64,000 nt of DNA, from contig NC_079166.1 of NCBI RefSeq assembly GCF_947568905.1, positions 55,552,001 to 55,616,000 of the forward strand, in the 5' to 3' direction. A program made the position numbers and the translations under genes. The DNA comes from Ostrea edulis. Taxonomy: Eukaryota. The notes under the pieces are model-generated. The model was not told the DNA's origin. It ran no database searches and saw nothing but the letters and a program-made list of their open reading frames with translations. This document shows, piece by piece, positions 1 through 11,064 of this stretch; the stretch's first letter is position 1, and every line of letters starts with the position of its first letter.

Positions 1-792
1 TATGTTGGTGTCTATGAATCTGTATATGATGTAATGTTGATAAAGTATTGAATGCACGTGATTACGCGTACTGTAGCAAGATGCTATATCATGTCTCGTG
101 GGACGACAAGCCTGGGAATTCTAGTTTTTTTCACTTCCGTGAAATGCATTTAAGCGACACATTACTAATCAATGTTTCCTTTCACATCATGGAATATCAA
201 GTGTATTTTACATCTCAGTGATTATATGACATCATCATAAAATATTTCTCAATATCATAGTACTACATGCATATCTTTTTATTTTGCAATTTGAACCTAA
301 TATTTTGCAATTTGTGAATAAGGATATTGATTGATTTTGTCTTACAATGGAATATAGCGATTACAACTCGGTCAGTTTAGGGACCTGAAATAATATTAAA
401 ATGTAAGCGGATGGAAAATTTTCGAAATAAAAATTTCTATACGCAATACTTACCAGCTAGTCTATAGAATGTAACCAATGTGTTGATCCAACTTATAAAG
501 CGGAAGAAAAAAACAGCCCAATATTTCAAAAATTTCAATAACAAAAATTGTCGAAGAGTTTTGCATAATTCTATTCGGTGAAATTTGGGGATTACGCACA
601 GCGAATGAGTTAGAGAAGATTGATTTAGATCTTAGTAAAACAATTATATGTGAGACGTACTGTGTCTACGATTATATGTGAGACTGTATTCCATATCCTC
701 TTTTGTATGCACTTGCTGTTAGTGTATTTCAAATACTCCAATGAAGAGCCTAGAAGCAAAAGCACAATGGATTAAAAGTGACCCCTTCAACT

Positions 793-793
<1 letters not shown>

Positions 794-842
<49 letters not shown>
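794..842. repeat. (CT)n microsatellite
   Basis: Uninterrupted ctct run. Confidence 0.95.
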
Positions 843-844
<2 letters not shown>

Positions 845-1289
845 AATTTTATAGTGTTCCCTCCTACGACTCTTCAGATTGCTATTTGGTAACAATATAA
901 TGGGTACAGTAAAATTGGTAGTACACAGATTGCAAAGGCAATAATTTGGCTGAATATTTCAACTTAAGAATATGAACAATGGTGGGAAAAGTAAGGCAGA
1001 AACATGTTAATAAGAAAGTAACAAAGACAGTGTATAGTAAATTATATATATATTTTTAAAAAAAAAGCAATTCTCGGTTATCTACTATTAGATTAATCTT
1101 AGATTCATTATTTTATTTGGTTAAAGCAACAAGAGATTGCATTACAAAAGCTTCACTACTTTGGGGTTTCATAAATGGCTCCTTTTAAAATAATCAAATG
1201 CAGAACAAAATAAAGAAAAACGAAAGGTGATAGTATTCAGAGAAAATGAAAAAAGCTTCACATTTTAAAGTGTTGTAAGACGTACACAC

Positions 1290-1366
<77 letters not shown>

Positions 1367-1417
1367 TGCCTTGTACATTGTATCTTATTGCAATCATAAA
1401 ATGAATATACTATATAT

Positions 1418-1484
<67 letters not shown>
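1290..1484. repeat. Compound (GT)n-(GA)n and (TA)n microsatellites
   Basis: gtgt then gaga run 1290-1362; tata run ~1409-1484. Confidence 0.95.
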
Positions 1485-1487
<3 letters not shown>

Positions 1488-2184
1488 CAGATTATTATGA
1501 AGTTGTAAAAGATAAACACCGTGTATAGCGTGGTAACAATGACACTTATATATATATGAGTCCTGAGCTAAAATGACAAAATTGAAAATTGATGATGTGA
1601 GGAATCTGCATTACTTGACGGCTGCTCGAGGAAAAGTCAAGCATAAACTTCCGGGAAATTAAACAGGAAGTTATGCTACATATGAGAGTATATCGTTGCT
1701 TGGAAACAATACAATTTTCAAGACGCAGATTAATTTATCATTTAAGTGCACGTGAAATTTTTGATACGATACGTGTACAGCATATCTTGATAACATCCAA
1801 CAACACAGCTTTATAAACAGATAACATATATATACCTGTTACATCTATATAATGATATCATATATATACATACATCTTTTACAATTCTTACTTACCTGTA
1901 TTTATACGTGTTAAACCTGTTGCATATTGCACTGTTGGCCACCAATTAATATCTGAAAAGTGATTTCAGTTTCTTAATCATAGAAAAACCCATATAGATA
2001 TAAATAGATCAACCTTTAAGTGTACCGTAAAATCGATATCAAACAATTTGATCGTAACGGCCTATTGGATAGATAGAGTGCTAATTTTAAGTGTTGTGTA
2101 ATTCTTGACGAGTGCCAGCTAGTTGATTTGAAAAGAAAATCTAACTGGTTCTACTTACAAGACATTTTACGTGTTCATTGCGTC

Positions 2185-2292
2185 CTTGGCGCCATACACA
2201 GGTCCAAACTAGTGACTCTTCACCACAAGCTGATGACGTATCTCCGTGAGTGAGAAATTCTCTACAGGGACGTCAAATAATATACAACCAAA
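2185..2292 (+). mobile_element. Degenerate 3' fragment of the SINE family seen at 45066-45331
   Basis: gtgagtgagaaattctctacagggacgtcaaataatatacaacc resembles the 3' end at 45290-45331. Confidence 0.6.
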
Positions 2293-2310
2293 TCACACCA
2301 CGCATACTAA

Positions 2311-2858
2311 TATCATAATTATTGAACAAAGCTGTACATCATAATTATTGAACAAAGCTGTATATCATAATTAGTTAATAATACCGTACATCATAATTAT
2401 TGAACAAAGCTGTACATCATAATTATTGAACAAAGCTGTATATCATAATTATTGAACAAAGCTGTACATCATAATTATTGAACAAAGCTGTACATCATAA
2501 TTATTGAACAAAGCTGTATATCATAATTATTGAACAAAGCTGTATATCATAATTATTGAACAAAGCTGTATATCATAATTATTGAACAAAGCTGTATATC
2601 ATAATTATTGAACAAAGCTGTATATCATAATTATTGAACAAAGCTGTATATCATAATTATTGAACAAAGCTGTATATCATAATTATTGAACAATACCGTA
2701 TATCATAATTATTGAACAAAGCTGTATATCATAATTATTGAACAATACCGTATATCATAATTATTGAACAAAGCTGTATATCATAATTATTGATCAATAT
2801 CGTATATCATAATTATTGAACAAAGCTGTATATCATAATTATTGAACAGAGCTGTATC
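2311..2858. repeat. 26-bp tandem minisatellite, ~21 copies
   Basis: Unit tcataattattgaacaaagctgtata with aataccgta variants. Confidence 0.95.
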
Positions 2859-3735
2859 TGTCTCAATGTAGACAGTCCTGAGATGATAAAATCAGATTAT
2901 TATGAAGTTGCAAAAGATAAACACCGTGTATAGCGTGGTAACAATGACACTTTCATTTAACTGAAACTATTAAAACAACGTAAATATGCCATAATGCATC
3001 TTATGAAAATGGCATTTCCATATTACACAACTTTATCGCATAGATTTCCTAATTCATACCTTATAGAAATCCACCACTGCATAACTACATGTATATAATC
3101 TTGATAGGCGTGTTATGTTGTAACGGAAATGACACTTGAAATAAATATAGCGATGAAGAACTTAAAACTGTTGGGTTAAGCAATAGATGTGTTACTATGT
3201 AGACTATTTTTTATACAATAAAAGCCAATATGACATGGTTCATTAATTGGTTATATATATATATATATGTATCAATTTGTAGTCCATAATTATCTGATGT
3301 AAACATCATACCTTACAGTAAAAATAATCCCCTCAAAAGAAAATAGGTTTAAGAAATCAAGGCACAGATAACGTTTAAGAAGTAAATTTAGGAAAATAAT
3401 AAAAAAAAAAGACAATTATTTTTTTTTCAAAAATATTTCTTATAGGAAACGCTGCATTTTTCATGGAAGAAAAAAAAAAACCCATCCCACCCCAACCAAA
3501 GTAAACGAAGACTTTCAGATGCTAAATTTTTTGGATACACCATATGAAAAATATAAGATATCTATAATGTTCTAACTTTTAACGAGTGTACAGAATTCAA
3601 AGATGAAAATATTTATTATGGTTTTAAGACAGGTGGTAGGATTTAGAATTTAAAAAATATACTTAATATGAATAAAGTACAACGGAAACAATATTATGGG
3701 CCTACAAATATTATTAACATGAAAATAAAATACAT

Positions 3736-4299
3736 GTTTACTCAACTGCACACCACATCGATCTCTAGACCGTTAGGTTTACTCGACTGCACACCACATC
3801 AATCTCTAGACCGTTAGGTTTACTCGACTGCACACCACATCGATCTTTAGACCGTTAGGTTTACTCAACTGCACACCACATCAATCTCCAGACCGTTAGG
3901 TTTACTCAACTGCACACCACATCAATCTCCAGACCGTTAGGTTTACTCGACTGCACACCATATCAATCTCCAGACCGTTGGGTTTACTCGACTGCACACC
4001 ACATCAATCTCTAGACCGTTAGGTTTACTCAGCTGAACACCACATCAATCTCCAGACCCTTAGGTTTACTCGACTGCACACCACATCAATCTCTAGACCG
4101 TTAGGTTTACTCGACTGCACACCACGTCAATCTCTAGACCGTTAGGTTTACTCGACTTCACACCACATCAATCTCTAGACCGTTAGGTTTACTCGACTGC
4201 ACACCACATCGATCTCTAGACCGTTATGCTTACTCGACTGCACACCACATCGATCTCCAGACCGTTAGGTTTACTCAACTGCACACCACATCGATCTCT
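3736..4299. repeat. 41-bp tandem repeat, ~13-14 copies
   Basis: Unit gtttactcgactgcacaccacatcaatctctagaccgttag; starts at 3736 and 3777. Confidence 0.95.
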
Positions 4300-4445
4300 A
4301 AATCGGTTTTCCTTGTTGGCTTTAACGGACTTGTTAACCATTAAACGGATCAGAAACAATACCAGTCAACTGACTAGTACCTCTTCATAGATACAACAAC
4401 TAATTTTCATGAAAGGAAATTATCACACAAAGTGACATCACAAGA

Positions 4446-4740
4446 GAACATCATTACATGAACTACCGGGCAGATTCATCTGTAGAGAACATCATTACAT
4501 GAAGTACTGGGCAGATTCATTTGTAGTGAACATCATTACATGAACTACCGGGCAGATTCATCTGTAGTGAACATCATTACATGAACTACCGGGCAGATTC
4601 ATCTGTAGTGAACATCATTACATGAACTACCGGGCAGATTCATCTGTAGTGAACATCATTACATGAACTACCGATTACATGAACTACCGGGCAGATTCAT
4701 CTGTAGTGAACATCATTACATGAACTACCGGGCAGATTCA
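4446..4740. repeat. Second 41-bp tandem repeat, ~7 copies, interrupted by the LTR element
   Basis: Unit gaacatcattacatgaactaccgggcagattcatctgtagt; last unit breaks at gcagattca and resumes as ttcatctgta at 9007. Confidence 0.93.
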
Positions 4741-5348
4741 TGTAACTAGATGACCTTATGAATTGATTGTATTATCACTTATATTAGTCTTGCATTATCT
4801 TTATCGATTATATTAGCCTTAAATACCGATTATATTATCAAATGTACAATGTATGTGAGTGATGCAGGCCTGTGGAATCGCACTGATCATATTTAGTCAT
4901 TTTAGCTGATGAAATTATGTAAGTCCACATTGCAAACAAATACATAAAGGTCATCATGTTTTGTACGACCTTTATGAGTAAAACTCGCGATACTGTTATT
5001 CCAGTACCTGCATCACCCATAGATGATTGGCAGTTGGGAGAGTTTTGTTACCGAAAATGTACACTACTGCAGTTGCGTTTATTATAGCGCATTAGTGTCA
5101 ATAATGCTGATCACGTACCCATTTAATATATATACACGTTTGTAAATTTGTCAAGACGAGAAGAGAATAGAACCTGGTATTGTATCTGAATGTTGCGGAG
5201 TTTGTGTTAGAAATAAACTCTGAAAACAACGCGAGTTGAGTATGATTAAGACTTCGTTGGTAGAAGTCTGGGTAATAAGACTTTGTTAGTATGAGTCTTC
5301 AAGTTAAGACTTCGTTGGTAGAAGTCTTAAACAAATAATCCGGTTACA
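4741..5348 (+). repeat. 5' LTR (608 bp)
   Basis: Begins tgtaac, ends taatccggttaca; aligns with 8390-9006. Confidence 0.92.
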
Positions 5349-5361
5349 GAGGGATTATTTT

Positions 5362-5383
5362 TGGTGCCGTCTTGACCAGGATT
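5362..5383 (+). promoter_or_regulatory. Primer-binding site, tRNA-His-like
   Basis: TGGTGCCGT(CTT)GACCAGGATT 13 nt after the LTR; complementary to the recalled metazoan tRNA-His 3' end (...GUCACGGCACCA) if CTT is bulged. Confidence 0.7.
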
Positions 5384-5504
5384 ACGGAAGCAGAGTAAGG
5401 ACAGGACAGGAAGCAGACTTTAAAAAACAATTGCAGTTAAGGTAGGAACGTTTTCCTTCAGAACTTTACCTTCTGATTTAAGAGCATCTTAGCATGGTCT
5501 TAGT

Positions 5505-6796
5505 ATGTCTCTTGATAGAGAAGCCTTTAGTAAAGCACTAGATGAATTAACAGAAAAGTTCGGGGATACTCGGTTAAATCAAAATAATAAAATGGGAGAG
5601 AAACAGCAATCAGAAATACCTTCTTTACGTATAATAGAGGCCCCATCCTCTCAGACTTGTCCAGGTGATCCAATGTCCACATACACCCAAGCTAGGCGTC
5701 AGGATGACGATGGTAAGGAATTTTTCATTAATCAGATTAAGGCAATGACTGCCGCGTTATCTATACCTCTACCATCAGTAGTAACAGTTATCGTATTCAA
5801 TGTATGAGTTAAATGTACGGACACCATTTGAGGGGGATCCCAGAAAATTTAAGCAATGGGTCAAAGAAGTTGAGAAATATGCCCTCATGTCAGGAAAACA
5901 GAACAATGAAGTTCCTACTCTCGCATATATGACTTGTAAAGGGTCAGTAGGAGATTTTATCAAAAGATATTTAGATGAAACAGAGGCGTTAGAGAGCGTT
6001 CCAAGTTGGAATGATTTAAAGAAATTGTTTAAGAATAGATTCTCTGAAATAACAGATTCACAGCATGCGCTCGCAGTTATGCGGAGGACCCGACAATCTG
6101 ACAATGAGAGTGTACAGTTGTTCGCGGAGCGTTTGCTACAAATTGCAGAGGATGCATATGATTCTGAAAGAATGGCGGATCCGCTAATTCAACAGCAATT
6201 AGTAGACATCTTCTGTGATGGCATAGCATATGACTACCTTAGGATGAAAATCTTAAGAGAAAATCCTAGAAATTTAGAATCTGCGGTAGAAGTAGCTATG
6301 AAGGAACAAAATCTTAGAAAGAGATTGAATTTACGCAGTGCAGATACATGTACCACTAAGTCAACAGAACCACTGCATGAAGCACATTTTGAGACTGTCC
6401 CTCATTTTATGGTTCAGAATTTTGGTCAAGCCCCGTATACGTCTCGGTATGAAGAACCCATGGAGGTAGATCACTATCATTGTATTCAGTGTTATAAATG
6501 TAAGAAAAAGGGACATAAAGCAAATAAATGCCCTATTAACCAATCCACAAAGTCTCAAAAACAACAACCTTTCAAAAATTAGAAAACAGTCAATTCAGTG
6601 AGCCCAGATATTAACAAAAATAACATTCAATGCTGGCGTTGTCACGAGTATGGTCACGTGAAAGCCGACTGTCAACGGAGAATTAGTCGAAGTCGTTGGC
6701 GAAATGACGAAAAGTATCGAACGAGATCGTTGGTCTGAACAAAATGAATCCGAACCCAAACAAAACTTCCGTCATAGATCTAATCAGGAAAACTAG
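5505..6796 (+). pseudogene. gag: Gypsy gag, disrupted
   Basis: FEGDPRKFKQWVKEVEKY capsid-like segment; knuckles CYKCKKKGHKANKC and CWRCHEYGHVKADC (6631-6672); frameshift ~5800, TAG 6580-6582, frameshift ~6710; apparent end NQEN* at 6794-6796. Confidence 0.85.
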
Positions 6797-7670
6797 GACG
6801 GTCCTCCTATAGGAAGGCGTTAGGAAGACGTAATAATAGACCTACTTCTGACAAAAATCTTACAAATAATCCTAGCTCTTGTATTTTAAAGATAGGGAAA
6901 AATCGTTTCAGAGCTTTAATAGATACCGGAGCTGCGGTATCCTTGGTTAGCAAGAAAATGTTTGATAGTCTCCCTTTTCAACCACAAATAAATAGAAAGG
7001 ATATTCATTTTCTGCAAGCTGCAAACAGAAACTCTTTAACCTCAATAGGTTCAGTAGAATTGACCTTTAGAATCAGTGGACTTGACATGACACAGAAATT
7101 TTACGTGACAGACGGACTCAACCGAAACATGATACTTGGACGTGATTGAATGACGAGATACAGTGTTCGTCTCTATTTTGATCTTGGCCTAATGCGTATA
7201 AATGGGAAAACCTATACGGAACTCAAAGAGGATATTCATATTTCCTCCATTGTAAGAACCACCAAGAAATTGACCATAAAACCCAACACTGTAACAGTGT
7301 GCAGAGGGAAGGTGAACAATAATTTCCCTATTGAACAAATAGATTTTGTGGAAGTTCATAACATTGATAATGAATGTTTACTGGATGACCCTGGTGTGTA
7401 TATCAAGGACTCAGTGTGCGCCGTTAGACAATCCCGAAATATCCCAATTATTATAGTGAATCAATCAAACAGGCATTACAAGATTCCCCGAGGTCACATT
7501 TGGGTAGAGTGACCCCAACTGAAACTACCGAGATCTGCGAGATTCAGAACGATACAAGCGAGGACGAAAAGATCAATGTACCACGGAAATTCGAAACTTC
7601 AATCAAAAGTATAATCAGAAGAAATAAAGACCTTTTCGCAAAGAAGGATAGTGACTTGGGTCTTACTAAT
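6784..7670 (+). pseudogene. pol: Gypsy pol N-terminus (aspartic protease and linker), truncated before RT
   Basis: RALIDTGAAVSLVS catalytic motif at ~6910-6951; MILGRD followed by TGA where W is usual (7147-7149); frameshift ~7500; DLFAKKDSDLGLT pre-RT segment, then homology stops. Confidence 0.87.
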
Positions 7671-8389
7671 ATGGAGAGCCAAAGAGTTCAATATTCTATC
7701 TTTGTAATTATGTATTTGTTGTTACTAAATGCGCCATTGGTTCAATGTAAAATAGAAAAATGTTAATCGTTATCTTGACATTTGTCGTACATAACGGTAT
7801 ATTCGTTATTTGAAAGGCGTTAGATGTAAAGGAATGTAATGTCTGTGAAGATGCGTAACAAGTGAATGCATTATTTATTCAATGTAAATTTGAAATTAGA
7901 TCTTCGTCATCCGTATTTGAGCATTTGCACATTGCAGTTGCGAGTTACAGTAAACAAATTTGGTAATCCGTCCGATGATAGTTCGACATTCGAATTTGCT
8001 CATTCGTTTACTGCATTTCAACATTTGTTCGTTGTTTTACCATTATGACGACAGAGGGCGCGCGCTACATCGAATCTTTTGGGAAACAGACTATAGAATC
8101 ATATTGGAGGACCAGTTTATGTGACATTCCCTCGGAACTATTATTTTCCCGGCCTTTCGAAGTCCGAGGTAAATTATTTTATTTTGTGCAAGGAAAATAT
8201 TTTGATTTATTTTCTGTGAATGTAACTAATTCATAAGTATTAATTTGATAAATGAATCCAATGATAAAAAATACATCAAAAATGCATTTCAGAAATAGCC
8301 CCCCCTCCACTTTTTTTGCAAAGATAGACATAATAGACATAATAAACAACAACACAACCCCCCCAAACGACGTAGAAACTTTTTTTCTC

Positions 8390-9006
8390 TCACTTATATC
8401 AGTCTTGCAATATCTTTATCGATTATATTAGCCTTAAATACCGATTATATTATCAAATGTACAATGTATGTGAGTGATGCAGGCCTGTGGAATCGCACTG
8501 ATCATATTTAGTCATTTTAGCACATTGCAAACAAATACATAAAGGTCATCATGTTTTGTACGACCTTTATGAGTAAAACTCGCGATACTGTTATTCCAGT
8601 ACCTGCATCACCCATAGATGATTGGCGGTTACCAAAAATGTACACTACTGCAGCTGCGTTTATTATAGCGCATTAGTGTCAATTATACTGATCACGTACC
8701 CATTTAATATATATACACGTTTGTAAATTTGTCAAAAGCAGAATAGAACCTGGTATTGTATCTGAATGTTGCGGAGTTTGTGTTAGAAATAAACTCTGAA
8801 AACAACGCGAGTTGAGTATGATTAAGACTACGTTGGTAGACATTATGTCTATTAAGACTTCGTATGTTAGCTAGATATAAAAGATATTGAAAGGGAAAAA
8901 ACAAAAAGACTTCGTTGGTAGAAGTCTGGGTAATAAGACTTTTTTGGTATAAGTCTTCAAGTTAAGACTTTGTTGGTAGAAGTCTTAAACAAATAATCCG
9001 GTTACA
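8390..9006 (+). repeat. 3' LTR lacking its first ~34 bp
   Basis: Homology to the 5' LTR starts at tcacttatat (equivalent to 4775) and ends taatccggttaca. Confidence 0.9.
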
Positions 9007-9402
9007 TTCATCTGTAATTTTAGATACACCAGCAACAACGTTGTAGGTCAACAATAAACAAAAAGTTTAAGTGTTCCAAAGTAAGAGGTACGTATCGATA
9101 TTGTTGAAGTGAAATCTAAACAGACTGACGAAAGGATTGTTTTAATCTTTAGGGTATTTTTTTCTGTACATGCTTCATGAAGAATAAAATGGATTATCAA
9201 TAATATTTAAATAAATCTTAATAAAGGAAGCACTTGTGCCTCATTCGGTCAAATGTTTACTATGAACTCGGTGTACTCTAAAAACATGTCTCATATCATT
9301 TGCCATCAGATAACATAACAGTAGAATAACCAATCAGGAGTAAATGTATGTAATTTAGCCAATCAACTTGAGGCAAGGAAAAAACATAGTCATATTATGA
9401 CG

Positions 9403-9840
9403 AAAAGGTGAAGATAGCGAACAGTGATCGATCTCAAATAATATAAAGAAATCAAAATTAATTAGAGTAAGGCAAACACGGACCCCTGGATATACCAGAG
9501 GTGGGATCGGGTGCCTAGGAGGAGTAAGCAGCCCCTGTTGACCGGTCACACCTGTAGCGAGTCTTATATCTTGATCAGTTAAACGGAGTAATCCGTAATC
9601 AGAATCAATGTGTAAAGAACAGTCTAACAATTGGTATGAAACACGTCAGGCAGCATTTGACCCATTCACAGGTTGTATTGGTAAATTAGATTGTTAAAAG
9701 AAGCATAGAAATTGCGAAATGTTTACTTTAAACGAGACTATTAAAACCGTTGAAACATCTATTCATTTGACAGTAGCCTACCTCCATTTAAAAACTGAAC
9801 ATATACAGAACAAGTTCTTGCGTATCGGAACCATATATGC
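9403..9840 (-). mobile_element. Penelope-like (Naiad-type) element, 3' fragment
   Basis: Reverse complement of the end of the RT thumb and 3' terminal motif in 9841-10493, ending tcttcaccttt. Confidence 0.8.
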
Positions 9841-10493
9841 ATATGTCGATTCGATATATCCATGCGAACTCGAAATAAAACACACCACATAGTCGTCCAC
9901 TTCTGCTTCCTACTTAGATATTTTATTGAAAGTAGATATTAACGGCAAACTAACAACTCAACTTTATGACAAACGGGATGATTTCAGCTTCTCCATCGTC
10001 AAATTCCCACATTTATGTAGCAATATTTCATTATCACCTGCATATGGTGTTTATATCTCTCCACTAATTCGATACGCAAGAGCTTGTTCTGCGTATGGTC
10101 AGTTTTTAAATCGAGACAAGCTACTGACAAGCAAGTTGATGGTACAGATGTGTCAATAGTCTCGATTAAAGTCAGCATTTCGCAAATTCTATGGTTGTTA
10201 TAACGATCTAGTTTGCCAATACAGCCTATCATTGGGTCAAATGCTGTCCGACGTGTTTCATACCGATTGTTAAGCCGTTCTTGGCACACTGATTTTGACT
10301 ACGGATAACTCCGTTTACCTGATCAAGATATAGGGCTCACGGCGGGTGTGACCGGTCGACAGGGGATGCTTACTCCTCCTAGGCACCTGATCCCAGCTCT
10401 GGTGTGTCCAGGGGTCCGTGTTTGCCCAACTCTCTATTTTGTATTGCTTATAGGAGTTCTGAGATTGATCACTGTTCGTTATCTTCACCTTTT
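9841..10493 (+). mobile_element. Penelope-like (Naiad-type) element, 3' fragment: RT C-terminus plus 3' UTR
   Basis: SASYLDILL, DINGKLTTQLYDKRDDFSFSIVKFPHLCSNI..SPAYGVYIS.LIRYARAC; coding remnant ends after the thumb with no C-terminal GIY-YIG. Confidence 0.82.
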
Positions 10494-10499
10494 ATGCAA

Positions 10500-10690
10500 T
10501 GGATAATGGAATATAATTGCAACATAAATGGGAAGTTGACCATAGAGAAGCTGGAGTCATCCCGTTTGTCATAAAGCTGCGTTGTTAGTTTGCCGTTAAC
10601 ATCTATATTCAATAATATATTAGTATCCAGGTATGAAGCAGGTGTGGAGACTGTGATGTCTTTTATTTCGAGTTCACTGAGATATATTTT
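10500..10690 (-). mobile_element. Penelope-like RT internal fragment
   Basis: Reverse complement matches the gaactcgaaataaaagac...ggcaaactaacaac...tatgacaaacgggatga region of 9841-10493. Confidence 0.75.
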
Positions 10691-11006
10691 AAAATTATTC
10701 GATCATTCGATCATCATACAGAGAAAGATGATTTACAACAGTGATTAGAGTACAAGTAGATGCTAATTGACAACGAGAAAACAGTATGTGTATCAAACCG
10801 AAGTATCTTATTGTACACGTTGACTTTCTATTCCATAGAAGGCTGAAAACAGTGATGCGATGTAAATTTAGAAAAAGAGAAAAAAATAGTTCCGGCTTCT
10901 TGTTGTCAAGGAGGTGTGTCCCCATACCAAACCAGGTTTATACAAAAAGAACCTGCGTTCCTCAATTGGAATTTGACCAATCAGATACAAGGATACAATA
11001 AGAATT

Positions 11007-11009
<3 letters not shown>

Positions 11010-11058
<49 letters not shown>
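11010..11058. repeat. (TA)n microsatellite
   Basis: tata run. Confidence 0.95.

Positions 11059-11064
<6 letters not shown>

Larger units (their letters stand above)
4741..9006 (+). mobile_element. Ty3/Gypsy LTR retrotransposon, internally deleted and non-autonomous
   Basis: TGTAAC...GTTACA termini; 4-bp TSD TTCA (4737-4740, 9007-9010); two homologous LTRs; PBS; gag with CCHC knuckles; aspartic protease. Confidence 0.93.

Noticed and set aside
1194-1508. ORFs with ERERER, SLSLSL and YIYIYI runs (also 10868-11107, 30419-30604, 61510-61725)
   Set aside because: Microsatellite translations.
7147-7149. In-frame TGA as selenocysteine or programmed readthrough (also 58544-58546)
   Set aside because: At 7147 it replaces the usual Trp of ILGRDW; both elements carry other stops and frameshifts; no SECIS-like element was recognised.
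10290-10493. Hammerhead ribozyme or SECIS in the PLE 3' end
   Set aside because: No CUGANGA/GAAA core or convincing SECIS quartet seen on either strand; kept only as an unassigned structured motif.
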